A stretch of 64,000 nt of DNA from Octopus sinensis (GCF_006345805.1 NW_021824849.1:1698-65697), one strand, 5' to 3'. Shown: positions 12,236 to 26,139, counted from the first letter of the stretch. A program made the numbers and translations. Notes: a model not told the origin generated them from the sequence alone.

Positions 12236-12859
12236 TTTTTTAAGATTTTCTTATTTCTGTGCGGCCCGCTTTCAAATGATCAGCCCGGTGGTTGAGGGGC
12301 GCCTGACATACAATACAAGTCAATTACTGGGACCCTATGAAATCGTCGACATTCCTTTTCTACCTTCATATTTATAACCAGCCAACCATTTATTCTGTCG
12401 GAGTGAATGAAATTTAGGATGATGAATTGACAGTATAGTAAGGAAGTTGAGCTGAAGCATTGCGGTATTTTTTCCGGCTCTTTACGTTCTGAGTTCAAAT
12501 CGGTTATGGTCTATTTGTGTTGTACATTTAATACGGTAACGCCCCTCAACCACCATCTGACACCTTGGGCACTTTCAGCGGAGTTCAGTCGTTTCACACA
12601 GCGAAGCCAAGTCTCTGGTTTGAGGACGATTTCCCCCTCCTTCCTCCTTCACCTCCCCCCTCTCTGCTCCCAACAAGTTTCAAAACATGGACCTATCTGT
12701 TTATCAATCTATCTATCTATCTATCTATCTATTTATCTATCTGTCTATCACTCTATCTATCTCTGACAGTGGCATTCTGCCCCACAGAAGTGCTAGTTCG
12801 GTATTCTGCGCTCAAGCCATAACTAACAGGTCTACTTCGTTGGGCATCTGGACGAAGTC

Positions 12860-13106
12860 CTCCTTGAGTTTGTCTGGTTCCCAAAGCATCAAGTGCCGAA
12901 AATGAACTTTCTTATTTTCCATTTTAAAGGGTTACATAATTAACACAAGTTATAGGAACATAAACCTTCTTCCACGAAAAGATAGCTTAAACTGTGCTCT
13001 AAATGGAGGTGTAGTGAAATGCTATTTTATGGACTCAACCACGTTCTAAAATAAGTCGAAAGGTAAGCTACTATAAATTGGTACGAACTTTCCGGACAAC
13101 CCAATA
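12860..13106 (-). mobile_element. Mariner 5' fragment
   Basis: Minus-strand TA-ttgggttgtccggaaagttcg TIR ending at 13106; ATG at 12922 reads MENKKVHFRHLMLWE, a mariner transposase N-terminus. Confidence 0.75.
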
Positions 13107-13114
13107 TTATAGAT

Positions 13115-13293
13115 AACATATGCTCGAAATACGAGAGTTGAAAAACAGTCAACAACTGATGAAGGGTTGTTCTTTATGTTGTTTGTCTTGTTTTCCATTT
13201 GTGTCTTTCGTTGTTCGAAAAATAGTTTCATACCATGTACTCGCACTTCGTATTTTTTGTTGTACACGTTTCATGACGTCCTGTGCCCACATA

Positions 13294-13300
<7 letters not shown>
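13115..13300 (+). mobile_element. Penelope-like terminal repeat (family PLE-b), degenerate
   Basis: ctcGAAA...caaCTGATGAaggg...gtcctgtgccc-(TA)n; homologous to 16075-16330, 42040-42195 and 53500-53770. Confidence 0.55.
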
Positions 13301-13380
<80 letters not shown>

Positions 13381-13847
13381 ATACAAAATAAGAAAATGGA
13401 GAAATACATCTAAATCAATTATCAACTACCAGATAATACCCAATCACATAATTTATTAAACCACTACATATGAACATTAAGGTCAAACATATTAATATAG
13501 AACAAAACAGTGTAATGAAGGAGGGATATTTTTGTAAGTGTCTCATTTATAACTACATATTGACCTATCACACATGGCTAATATGAGCAAAATGAGACAC
13601 CCATATCTGCATGGCGAAACAGCTTAAGATATAGTTATATTTATATTTATATTTATATTTTTAATCTCTTATACATACTGTACTTATTGTACCATATTAC
13701 TTACTCCTTCATATACACTGTTTTGTTCTATATAAATATGTTTGACCTTAATGTTCATATGTAGTGGTTTAATAAATTATGTGATTGGGTATTATCTGGT
13801 AGTTGATAATTGATTTGGATGTATTTCTCCATTTTCTTATTTTGTAT
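13381..13847. repeat. Fold-back inverted repeat, about 143-bp arms
   Basis: Arms 13381-13523 and 13704-13847, 2 substitutions and one 1-nt indel, about 180-nt spacer, preceded by (TA)n. Confidence 0.92.
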
Positions 13848-14025
13848 TATTAATTTGTGGTAAAACATTTTACCTTTGCCTATATAATACAGTAAATGAA
13901 TTAATTGCATCGCAATTCTTAACATGTATTTACTTTGTTGGTACTTCACGAGCAGTATATTGGTATATGTTATCCCTTGGAGGGTTGCATTTACAACCCC
14001 TATCTCAATTTGTACTGTATATATA

Positions 14026-14104
<79 letters not shown>

Positions 14105-14170
14105 CACACCTATATATATATATATCTATATATAGATGTATGTACATATACGTATGTATATATGCATATA

Positions 14171-14224
<54 letters not shown>

Positions 14225-14494
14225 ATACACATCTATGGGGGTGCACATGTGTGTGATTTATTAGTTTTTAACACACTGATAAATGTTTAAGAAACGCGGA
14301 TGTCTTGTTCTTTACTATTTATTCAGGAACACGCACTAAACCAAACCAATGACAGACAGTAGAAAGTATATAGGATATACCTATGTGTGTGTGTATGTGT
14401 GTGTATCACACACCATATACATACATATACATATATACATGTATATAGTCGTATACACACAAACACACATGCACACGTAAACATATATATATAT

Positions 14495-14526
<32 letters not shown>

Positions 14527-14729
14527 TATATAAAGGAGAGTGACGTGCAGAAAACAGATGTGTGTGTTGAATAAAATCCTTACAAAAGTTCCTGATACAG
14601 TTACAATATTGGATGACAGATTTTCTTAAATTGGAATGATTAATTATCAAAATTCTGCGCATACTCCGAAAACTTCCTTGAAAGCAATGTTTATCATTCT
14701 GTCTCTTTTTAAAGGTCATTTTTCATATA

Positions 14730-15980
14730 TACACAGACTTTTCAGAAGTAAATAGACAGCCTTATAATCGTTAAAATTTATTTTAAACTGAAATTATATA
14801 TTCAAATTATTTATTAATTATTATAATGTGAATATCTTAATATTTAGTAGACATGCCCTTTTCATTTTTTCAATGCAAGGATCCTATAAGGCATGCTACT
14901 GATCAGATCCCGAATATTCGCTTCAGGAATTTCTTGCCAATTTTCACGCAGTAATCTCAAAATATCTGGCTTTGGGAATGTTTTCTTGTTCTTTTTACGA
15001 AGTGTCCTCTCCATTATTTCCCAGAGGTATTCAATAGGGCTCATATCTGGTGACTGGATTGACCATGGGAGCTTTTTAATGCTATTCTCTTCCAACCAGA
15101 TTTGAGTTTTTTAGCCGAGTGTCAAGGAACCCCATCTTCTATAAATAGTTTTCTTTAATCACTTCACCACTGGAGAAGATTGGAAGGAGTCCTTTCTGCA
15201 ATATAGGCACATATTTATATTAATTTATGTTTCCCTCACACTCCACCAGCTCTGATCGACCATTGCTCCAAATTGCTCCCCAGACCATCGTTGAATAGCC
15301 GCCGTGTTTCATTATTGGCTGCAATCTTTTCATGTCAAATTCTTAATCACAGAGTCTCCAGACCCACACTCGACCACTCACAAAAAATAAAGCAAATCTT
15401 GACTCGTCAGAGAATGTAACAGTGTCCCAAAATACTAGTGGCCTCTCCACCATCTCACTGGCACAATCTATTCTCCTCTTGAAATTGGCTTGTCGAAGAT
15501 GTTGCTTCCTTCTTACTGCTCTGCCACAGTAGCCAAGTTTGTGGACATACGTGACAGCTGTTCTGGGACTGACATCAACTTGTTCTGCTATGTCAGAGGA
15601 CTTGCAACTAGGATCATCCTACATACTTCTCTTAACAAAGTGAAGGGTCTTGTCAGAGGGCCCTGGTAAACCTGGGCGAGGTGATGTGGACTCCTCCTCC
15701 TCTCTGGTGAAGTGCACCATCACCCTATTAACTGTAGAAAGCTGGATCCCCGGGGTTGCCTGCGATTTTAGGATGATTGAGTCCACCTTCAGATTGACCC
15801 ACAATATAGCGTCTTTGAAATTTGGACTGTTCCAAGGCTCTTTTTGTCCGGGGCATGATTAAACAGTCACATATAAAAACCTGAAAAATAAAAAAATCAA
15901 TAAAAAATATAAACCTTTTCAAGTTAAAAATAAACATAAAACAATGTTACATGGGGTGTCTATTTACTTATGTCGTGTGT
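14730..15980 (-). mobile_element. Tc1-like (DD34E) transposon, decayed
   Basis: Minus-strand fragments MPRTKR...GLN.PKIA, FSDESRF and WSIQSPDMSPIEYLW; imperfect TIRs sharing aagtaaatagaca. Confidence 0.88.
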
Positions 15981-16074
15981 GTGTGTGTGTGTGTGTGTGT
16001 AAAAGGTTAGCTGAGTTAGAGGTTAAAATAACCGTCTAAGGGATAAAATATCTATTTATACTTCCGGTATAAAG

Positions 16075-16330
16075 GCCGAAACGTGGAGTAGATGAAACAG
16101 GGACAACTGAAGAAGGGGAATATTCTTTATGTTGTATGTCTCGTTTCTCTGTTATTTTCGTTGTTCGAAAAATGTTCGTTTCTATGGTTTTGTTTTTATG
16201 TTTTCGTTTCTCATTGTGTTCAACGTTTTTTTGATGTCCTGTACCCATATATGCATGTATATGTACATATATATGTAGGTATGTACATATATGTATGTAT
16301 ATATGCATATATTTATATATTATTTATATC
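16075..16330 (+). mobile_element. Penelope-like terminal repeat (PLE-b)
   Basis: ccGAAACGTggagtagatgaaacagggacaaCTGAAGAagggg; body near-identical to 53540-53770. Confidence 0.6.
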
Positions 16331-16380
16331 ATTATATACATATATACATACATACATACATATAAATATATATATATATA

Positions 16381-16440
16381 TGGCGGTGCCCCAGCATGGC
16401 CACAGCTCATGAGCTGAAACTGGAAAAATCAAAATCGAAA
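16381..16440 (+). mobile_element. Extremely 5'-truncated LINE/SINE 3' tail
   Basis: ggcggtgccccagcatggccacagctcatgagctgaaac, same tail type as family A and 58893-59078. Confidence 0.6.
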
Positions 16441-16801
16441 AATCACATATATATATATATATACATATACAGGATGCCGCAGATGTAACACCCTTTTTGC
16501 AATTAATAACTTTTATAGTATACAAATTTATTGCATTACTTAAAGAAACGAATAATAAACTAATGAAAAAAAATCGCAGAAGTTTTAGGAAATGAAATAT
16601 AAACTCGATTAGGAACTAGAAAACTCAAATACAAAATGGCGCTACTTCTGTTGAACCCTCTATATATATACAAAGAGAGAGAATGAGAGAGAGAGAAAGG
16701 GAGAAGGATAGGGAGAAACGTACAGAAGGAAAAGAAGAGAGACAGACAGGTGTGTGCGCGCGCATGTGTGTGTGTGAGAGAGAGAGAGAGAGTGAAAGAG
16801 A

Positions 16802-16850
<49 letters not shown>

Positions 16851-17352
16851 AAGGGAATTTTGAAAGAAGTTTCTAGAAATCTAGTTTCTAAACATCGAAT
16901 GTCTATGGGAATCTTCCAGAATAAAACAGTAATCAAAGGGGGTCCATAGATAAAAGAAATGGTTGAGAACCCTTGAACTAAACCCTCCAATGCAAGTCCC
17001 CCCCCCCTTCTCCCGACATGACCACTGTCCCTTAACCGAAACACTATAAACACAAAAGATATTACAGCGCAGTCAGCTCCGTTAATATTCTCCTCTAGTA
17101 TTCTTGTTCAGGGAACAGTTTCAGCGCAAAGTCAAACGTCTGGGAATTATATATCACACATCATAACTCACAGTCATGTGAAGCTATTACTTAACCAACG
17201 CCCACCCGTTAATTCATTCTGTCATACCCGATTATCCTCCGCTTCATTCTCTGATCTCCTCTCTTGCGTTCATCTTTATTCTCTCGCTATAGTCTATCTC
17301 TTTCTTCCTCGCTCATTTCATTGAATCTCTCCTACACTATCTCTCCTCTCTC

Positions 17353-17392
<40 letters not shown>

Positions 17393-17543
17393 TTTCGTCC
17401 TTTCTCTCTTCTTCCTTTGTCACTATTTTTCGGTATATAGTTTTCGTTCCAGCCCAGTAATTTTTACTTCCTGTCTTCAACATTCTGCTCCCTGTGTTGT
17501 TCAGGGACCCAGTATGGAGTGTATATATATATATATATATATA

Positions 17544-17582
<39 letters not shown>

Positions 17583-17611
17583 CATAAATATATATGTATA
17601 TTTATACATAA

Positions 17612-17658
<47 letters not shown>

Positions 17659-17703
17659 GTGTGTATATGTATATATATATGTATATGTATATATATATAT
17701 ATT

Positions 17704-17738
<35 letters not shown>

Positions 17739-18489
17739 GTTACTGTATGTGTTTATATATATGTGTATATATACATACATACATACATGCATATATGTAT
17801 ATATACATAAGTGTACATGTATGTAAGTATCTATCTACGTATGTATATAAGTACTGGGGTCGATTTGTTGGCCTAAAACCTCGAATGCGATGCTCCAGCA
17901 TGGCCACTGCCCTCAAAGGTTAAGTCGAAGAAATCGACCCCAGCACTTATTCTATCGTTCTCTTTGCCAACCGCTAAGTGATAGGCACCGGCTGTCAAGC
18001 GGTAGTGGGGGATTTCCTGCATTGTTCAATAAATATATATATATATACACGCACGCTCACACACACACACACATACACACACATACACACACACACACAC
18101 ACACATATACATACATATTTAATAAATAAAACGTGCCAGAAAGAAGCACACTCTTAAGAATAGAGCAGTAATTGCATCCACAAACCCAACACCTTGTGGA
18201 CATCTCGTCAGACTATATAAGACAAAAAATTCAAAATTTGGCTTTGTGGATGCGAAACCTTGCTTTACTCTATGCCCAAGATATGAAATTTTGTTGTATA
18301 TAGCGTAGGAGGGGGGGACGGATGAAAAGAGAAAGAAAGAAAGAAGGGGAATAAGGGAGGAGGAGAGAGAGAGAGAAAGAGACAGATCAAGAGTCGTACC
18401 AATGTTAGAGAAAATATACTTACGTATAAGGACAAAAGTGTGGATACGGAGCCGCCATTATATATGTAAAAAGTAAAAAATATATACAA

Positions 18490-18663
18490 ACTGGGACAAG
18501 AACGTGAAACACCTAGAAGACGACACAAGAACCACAGGACGGGACATTCGAAGCCCTCAGTCATCAGTCAAGAACCGGATCATCTTCGCAATTTCGGCTG
18601 ATTAATCTTGAGATTGCTCCGACCGGGGCAGCCCCCAAGGGAAATCTAAGCCAAGCGCATTAG

Positions 18664-18665
<2 letters not shown>
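18490..18665 (-). mobile_element. Penelope-like terminal repeat (family PLE-c)
   Basis: Minus strand aatcagccGAAAttgcg...CTGATGA...ttcgaatg; homologous to 35040-35290 and 62515-62815. Confidence 0.5.
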
Positions 18666-18694
<29 letters not shown>

Positions 18695-18786
18695 TAAATA
18701 TACACACATATACATATACATATATATGTGTTTGTCCCTTTCTCTCTCTCTATATATATATATATGAATGTGTATATCTACGTATG

Positions 18787-20740
18787 TCCTGCGTTTCAAA
18801 TTAACGACGTAACATTTTTTAAAATTTTATCTAAAATTTATTCGTTGGAATTCAACGAAATTTTAACAGAATGATGGCAACAGTTATATGCGCGTGATGT
18901 GTTAAAATCGCGAGGTTCCGTAAAACAATACAGAAGCTATGGCCATTTATCGAATTTACGTAAACTTTCACTGTTTCAAATTATTGATGAAGTGTAATTA
19001 AAACTTATGGAAACAGGAAAATGCCAATTTAATTGTTTGATGTACATAATGAAATGAACACGGAAGAAATAGAAATAAACAAATAAACAGCCTTCGAAAA
19101 TCATAGGTGAGCTGGTTAGTAAGGATATGAGCGTTTGTTTGAAATAAATTGGAAAAGGCACTGGTCCATGGAACATACTAATTTCTGGATATCCTCTGAT
19201 GTTATACCACGGGATACATCCACAGTTCATCCTTGCTCCTAAATTAGCGTCCTAAATTAGCGTAAACTCGTCGCTTTAGAATACTCCACAAGATTTCTAT
19301 TGGGTTTATGCCGGGGGAACAGGGAGGCCACTTCGTCTTCCGAGGTGCACAAAAGCCTAATTGTTGCAGCTACTCTGTAGTTTGTTTCGCTGAGTGCGAG
19401 GGCGTATTATCTTGCATGAATATTATGGTTGTCTTGAAGGTGGTCCTTTGCTTTTTTAACCGAGATTCAAGCTGCTCCCTCAGAAATGCTCTGTAAGCAC
19501 CCGTAGTAATTTCAACACCGTCAGGTTCTTTCCATGGACCAACCATAATGCTTCCAATAATACCTGCTCAAATCATGATGCTTCCTCCCCCATGTTGGCG
19601 TCTCAAGCGTTGATGACGATCTCGTCCATTTACATACAACCCATCCCTTGTTCATCAAGGGTAGGTAGCAAGAATTTCCTCCGTAAAGAAAAAACTTTCG
19701 AAAAGTTGACCATTGCAAATTTGATCTTCTCCTTCTTCAGAGGAGGCATTTTAACTGATGTCGCTGCTTTACCGATCTTTTTCAGAAGACGACATCGGGT
19801 AGTTCTGGGCACAACTGTTGTTTCGCTAATGCGCTTGAATAGTTCTCCACTTGTAAGACCTGGCTTCTTTACAGCTTCACGCTTAATTCGTGACAGAGAA
19901 CATTGAGAAACAGCCTTCGACTGACCCTTGTCGGCTCTCTTACGTATCTTCGCTGGAGCTCTAACAAATTTTTTCACAGTTTTAGATATTTCTAATGCTG
20001 ATTTACTTTTTTGTAAGTTCAGAAGAAATAACGGATTTCTCTGAAGCAGTTAAGTTACATTTACGACCCATAATTACACGAATATCAGACCACCCGTTAA
20101 TAATTTGGAGCACTGAAAGTTCGTGGAAATCATGCAAACGGCTACAGTTTGTTTACACTTGAGCAAAATCTCACGTTTTTTACACACCACATGCATATAA
20201 CTGTTGCCAAGATTCTGTGGAAATTTCATTGAATTCCAGCGGGTAGTTTTTAAATAAAATAAACAAATAAATAAAGGCGCAGGAGTGGCTGTGTGGTAAG
20301 TAGCTTGCTTAACCAACCACATGGTTCCGGGTTCAGTCCCACTGCATGGCATCTTGGGCAAGTGTCTTCTGCTACAGCCCCGGGCCGACCAATGCCTTGT
20401 GAGTGGATTTGGTAGACGGAAACTGAAAGAAGCCTGTCGTATATATGTATATATATATATGTATGTATGTGTGTGTGTGTGTTTGTGTGTCTGTGTTTGT
20501 CCCCCCACCCAACATCGCTTGACAACCGATGCTGGTGTGTTTACGTCCCCGTCACTTAGCGGTTCGGCAAAAGAGACCGATAGAATAAGTACTGGGCTTA
20601 CAAAGAATAAGTCCCGGGGTCGATATTTGCTCGACTAAAGGCGGTGCTCCAGCATGGCCGCAGTCAAATGACTGAAACAAGTAAAAGAGTAAAAGAGTAA
20701 AAGAGTAAATGTTATGTCGTTAATAATTTGAAAAGCAGTG
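18787..20740 (-). mobile_element. Tc1-like transposon with long IR/DR-type TIRs, right TIR split by a SINE
   Basis: About 200-bp inverted repeats (18787-18990 versus 20095-20270 plus 20709-20740, ending cagtg|TA); inner and outer direct repeats cgttaataatttg; decayed transposase 19630-19977. Confidence 0.85.
20275..20708 (+). mobile_element. SINE family A, full length, about 430 bp
   Basis: tRNA-like head, conserved body gtgagtggatttggtagacggaaactgaaagaagcc (recalled as Nin-domain-like, unverified), internal (TA)(TG) microsatellite, 3' hairpin and (gtaaaaga)n tail. Confidence 0.92.
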
Positions 20741-21025
20741 TAATTATATGAAACGGTTGTTGATTCATTCTAATGTTTCTAGGAGTCTCTTACACGTAAA
20801 TTAACGTGTCATCAGTCAGACAGTTTCATTAAATACAAGCTGCTATTGCTATATTCGGAAAGCTCTGGTAGGCTTAATTTTTATTTGTCAAATCAGGTCA
20901 TGTGATCGTTGTTGCTGTACATCATTGAGAAAGTAGACTGCTGAACGACAACTATGTAAGCGATCTTTTGATCGTCACCAATGAATGTGGTGCGCATGTG
21001 TGTGGGTGTGAGCGCGCACGTATGT

Positions 21026-21026
21026 T

Positions 21027-21057
<31 letters not shown>

Positions 21058-21225
21058 CAGTAGCAGCAGCAGTTGTACTAGAAGTAGTTACAGCAGCAGT
21101 AGCAGTAGCAGCAGCAGTAGTTGTAGTCGTAGTAGTAGTAGCAGCAGTAGTCATAGTAGTAGTAGTAGTTGTAGTTATTGTTGTTGTTGTTATTGTTACT
21201 GTTGTTCTAGCAGCAGCAGCAGCAG
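21026..21225. repeat. (GTA)n/(GCA)n/(GTT)n compound trinucleotide repeat
   Basis: Direct reading. Confidence 0.95.
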
Positions 21226-21281
21226 CACACAAAACTGCGAGAACCAAAATGCAGGTGTAACGATGTAAAGCTGTGTACTCA

Positions 21282-21662
21282 TCTCTCTCTATATAAACGG
21301 CAGTTTGTCTGTGCGTGTTTCTGTGTGTCTGTTTGCTTGTACCCTCACCCTGACCACGGCTTTCAACCGATTCTGATGAAACTGACACACACATAGCCCA
21401 ATGTCATAATTCAAAACTAACGCAGCAAAATTTTGAAAAGTTCCCCCAGTTCTGAAAAAAATCGATAAATTCGACATGGGTCGAGAATCAGGAACTCAAA
21501 CCACAAACTGTGTAGGGGACGCAACTCCACCTGTTTTAACTATCAAAAAAAATTTACCATAATTTTTTTCCATTTTTTTGCTATTTTTTGGCTATAACTC
21601 TCTAAAAATGCTTTATAGTTATTTCCCTTACAAACCCGAGCAACGCCGGGCGATACTGCTAG
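21282..21662 (+). mobile_element. Non-autonomous Helitron-like element
   Basis: A|TC 5' end, internal gtctgt-type microsatellite, subterminal hairpin cccgagc-aac-gccggg, CTAG|T 3' end, no TSD. Confidence 0.8.
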
Positions 21663-22095
21663 TTTACTCTTAAAACGCTCCAACCACGCTGCAACATGAA
21701 AAGCATTCACTGCGGGATTTTTTTCACGGTAAAAAAGTTTCTCTGAGTAGGAATCCGTTTGTAAAAGCACTTTCAGCCGAGTCGTAAGTAACGTCAACGT
21801 AGACGTCCGATGTACATGCGTAAATAATAAAGCACGTTAGTAGAGTTAGAATAATTACTAGTGCACTGACATGCAAATGACAAGTGAACCATATGACAAG
21901 TGAACGAAACCTTGGTTCGGGATTAGGTAATCCTGGCAACCATACATATATATAAGATTCTATACAATTCTACTGGGATGCGTTGAGCTCATATTTATTT
22001 CTTTTTGTTTTTACTCTACAATTTAATCAAAGACTATGTGTGTGGTGTTGTGACTATGTTTTGACTATGCCTGTATGTTTGGGTGTATAAGTACA

Positions 22096-22154
<59 letters not shown>

Positions 22155-22561
22155 ACTTACATTTGCTTTCATTTATACATTCACAAAATAAACATGCTTC
22201 TATTTCTGTTATATACACATCTGCAATTTTCAATGATGTCATCTGATGTGTAAATGACACACAAACTCTTTCTCTCTCAACCTCTCTTTTTCTCTCTCTT
22301 ACTCTCTCTCTCTCTCTCTCTCTCACTCTTTCTATCTTTATTTGTATGTCATAGCATTTCTTTTTCTTTTTTTATACCTTTGAATCTCGAGGGTGGATTC
22401 TTATTGCGTAAGTTTAGACCACACCAAGAAGAATTTGTCACACGCGAACTGCAAAACCACAGGACGCTATCTCCTGGTGTCGTACATCTTGTATCTATCT
22501 CCCGGCCTCACACACAGACACACACACACATATACATACATATATATATAAAATTATATAA

Positions 22562-22612
<51 letters not shown>

Positions 22613-24474
22613 GGTTTAAGAGACAGAATCACCCTCAAGCAACTCAATCATCATTGAATGACATTATCCACAATAGGTACATAGGACTAAATATCAAAAT
22701 TATCAAAATATACATACGCACACACACACACACATATACATGCATGCATAATACACATACATATACATACATTATATTTACTGATGTGCATACCGTGTGT
22801 TTATGTTTGTATGTACATCTGTTTCTGCGCGTGTTGTCACTTGATGACTTATAAAAAATTAGGTTAAAAACATACGGGAGTTCCTTATATATATATATAT
22901 ATAGTATTATAATCCCTTACAAAACCCTTTTTCCAAATTTTAAGCCCCCAAAATTAGGGGGTTCCTTATACACGTTAAAATACAGTAGTTGGTGATAATG
23001 GAATGATTTCATGCTCTCATGACGCAAATTGCCGCTAAGGTTTTCGGCACTCGGCCGTGCTGTCCTTTGATTTATATTGACGTAAAGATACTGTTTTCAA
23101 CACCGGTACGGATACGGTAAGGAAATCTCTGTTTGTGTCTACGAGTAGCCAGGAGTCGAGCGAGGAAACTGGCGGCGATAGAGTATTGAAGTTTGTCTCT
23201 TTCGTCAGAGCCCTCATGCACATTTTTTTACCTTACCCACATTCAAGAATATAAACACGTTTTTAAGCACAACACACGCAGAGTCAAAAAGAAACACTAC
23301 CTTTCACCGATACTGCGTGAACGACAGTGCTCTCTCTCCCTAGCGTGAGGCTTCCTATCTCGAAAATGTGAGCCTGCGCACAACAGCCAAACACCGCGTC
23401 GCCGGAACTGTGAAGCGCACAGTTCTATACAAGGATTTTTGTATTTTTTCATAAACTAGGGATGGCTACTGACATTAAGCTTAAGGATCATATAATGTAC
23501 AAGTATAAAGAAAGAATTAAAGGAAAAAAGGACTCATTATATTGAATGTTATCGATAATATCGAATGGAAATAGAGGGTGCTGCAGCTCCGCAGTGCCTA
23601 TACATGAGCCGCCACTGCTCACTAGTTTGTACAGTCCACCTCACATTAAAAAGCGCGCAAAAAGAAAACGTGCAACATGCCCTAAATCAGTCACGTGATC
23701 AATGAAAATTATTTCCCATTAGAATCAATTATTGATCCATTATTGGTTTTCTTTTGTAGAACGAGAGAACAGTATTTCGATTTCGTGTAGTAACATATGA
23801 AATAATATTTATCAGAATATTTTTCCGTAACATTATTAATCCCGAAAAATAGAAATTACAGTTGGCCTCAAAGAGATTTAAACTCAGAGCGTAAAAAGTT
23901 AAACCAGATACCACGATGCATTCTACACAACGCTTTAATAACTCCTCCAATTCTCTACCTTACTGGAGAAATATGTTTAACGAATTATTGCCAACCAGAC
24001 TTAGAAAAAAGATAAAAAGCGGAAATGGTAACGACATTTCGAAATTCTTGTCTCATAGTCTTCTTCCTCTAGTCAAGTCAAAACAGTGAGAAATATCATA
24101 TTGTCGTTTGTAAATATATAAATTTAATAAATTTCAGCTGACACACCATCGACCGTTTTTTCAATGTCCTACCGGAAACACTTTCGTGCGTGGTTTTCGC
24201 CTTTCAACGGAAGTGATATCTGTATGTTTGAATTTTACGATAGACCGGACGAAACAGAAGTGTTGTTGACAATATTCTGTTATGTCCATCTATGTCCTGG
24301 GCTCAAATTCCTTCCATCGTGGTCCGACTATGGAAGTTGAAAAAACGAGATTCTATACAAATATTGAAGTTGATTTAATCGACTCTGTCCTTACATTAAA
24401 TTTCATGCTACATACCAATTTTAGAAATATGAAAAAAACACATCACCTATTTTAAAAACAAAAAAAGAAATAAG

Positions 24475-24989
24475 TATCATAAATCCTCGAGTATAGTCCA
24501 CCCTTGAGTATAATACGCAGGGGATTTTTCGGGGGCTGTACCTCTGAAAAACCTAAACCTTGTGTATAATACACACCCCTTCTCTAACTTGAGTCAAGGA
24601 GACCTATATAACGTTCTTGGTTTGTAAAAATGTATATTGTAACGTCCTTTATTATTATTGTATATATAACATAATGCAAACATATAGCTTTTTTGTGCAA
24701 TTTGTTTGCAGAAAATAAAGAAATAACAGTAATAACGTTTAATAAATGTTGCTTACTGCAAGTTATGGATGATTCTTTTATGACTTCATTGCTTTCAGGC
24801 TTAGCTTAAGGTATTTTCGCGCCCAACATCACAAAATGCGTCTGAATAAACATTACCGGACAGCAAATAGAGACTCGAACATTGCTTAGAAAGTATTTTT
24901 CATTTTTAACCTCGTATATAGTACGCACTAGGGGTTTTGACCTTTAAATTTTGGGGGAAAATGCGGATTATACTCGAAGATTTATGGTA
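24475..24989. mobile_element. TA-flanked pogo/Tc1-superfamily MITE
   Basis: TIRs tatcataaatcctcgagtatagtcc and ggattatactcgaagatttatggta; internal subterminal repeats of the gtataatacgc type. Confidence 0.8.
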
Positions 24990-25044
24990 TTACATAGCTC
25001 ATTAAACTCTGCAATATTTATTTCTAATATTTAGGCTGTGTTAA

Positions 25045-25690
25045 GGTGGCAAACTCGCAGAATAGTTAGCACATCGGCCAAATACTTAGCGGCATTACGT
25101 CCATCTTTACATCCTGAGTTCCAATGCTGCTAAGGTCGACTTTGCCTTTCATTCTTTCAAGGTCAACGAAATAAGTACCAGTTGACCAACGGGGTCGATG
25201 AAATCGACTTAATCTCTCCCCGAAATTACTAGCAAAAACTTGAAACTAATACTTAAGCTGTGTTAAGGCGGCGGGCTGGCAGTATCGCTACCGCGCCGGA
25301 CAAGATGCTTAGCAGCATTTCGTCAGTCTTTTCGTTCTGAGTTCAAATTCCGCCGAGTTTGAGTTTGCTTTTCATCCTTACGGGGTCAATAGAATAAGTA
25401 CCAACTGAGTACTGGAACTGATGTAGTCGACTTACATTCTCCCCCGAAATCGCTATCCTTGTGTCAAAATTTGAAACCAATATTTGAGCGCGTGGCGGCG
25501 ACTAACTGGTAAAATCATTAGATAGTCGGAGAAATGACTGCTGATATTTCTTCCAGCTCTTTACGTTCTGAGTTCAAATCCTTTTATCTTTTCAGGGTCG
25601 ATAAAATAAAGTACCTGTCAAATACTGGAGTCGATAGCCTCAACATAACCCTTCACCTCAAAATCTTCTGGCCTTGTGCCTAAATCAGAA
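25045..25690 (+). mobile_element. Three tandem family B SINE remnants
   Basis: Three ctgagtt B-box plus gtcga/ataagtacc cores; two begin taagctgtgttaaggcgg-like. Confidence 0.75.
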
Positions 25691-26139
25691 ATAATTTTAA
25701 AGACGCGAGTATTACATAAAATCCGAAGATTCATGATTTTCCTTGGAAAAGATGCAGCAATGGTTTTGCTTCCTTCTGCCAGTTTAATTACCATTTATTC
25801 TACTAGGCTCCTTCTTTCCTGAGCTTACTTTTGAGACTCAAGTTCTATTTGATCCTTTAACACGGTGTTCACGTGGCGTCAGGGCATGTCTACACCATTG
25901 GTAAGCCTAGGTAAAATATGTCTAGGAATCAGCCTCCTCCGAGTCCTTAGTAACTTAGTAATCGGACCATCTGCTACTGTCTGATCTAGAACAGAGCCTT
26001 TGACAAGTACTCACTCTCCAGATAAAGAGGACTGGGAGTAATGATGGCTAAGTGGTAAGTTCTTACTTCCCCAAACTTATGCTCTCTAGAGTTGGAGTTT
26101 CACCATTAGATGCAGTGTAATGACGAGTCTAAGACATAT

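Noticed and set aside
13093-13170. 9-bp pairing ggacaaccc/gggttgttc, first read as hammerhead stem II
   Set aside because: ggacaaccc belongs to the adjacent mariner TIR, so the pairing is coincidental
20975-21760. Removing the Helitron restores an in-frame minus-strand ORF with a hydrophobic stretch and a Thr-rich tail
   Set aside because: There is a one-in-three chance of frame match, and the tail is a stop-free microsatellite
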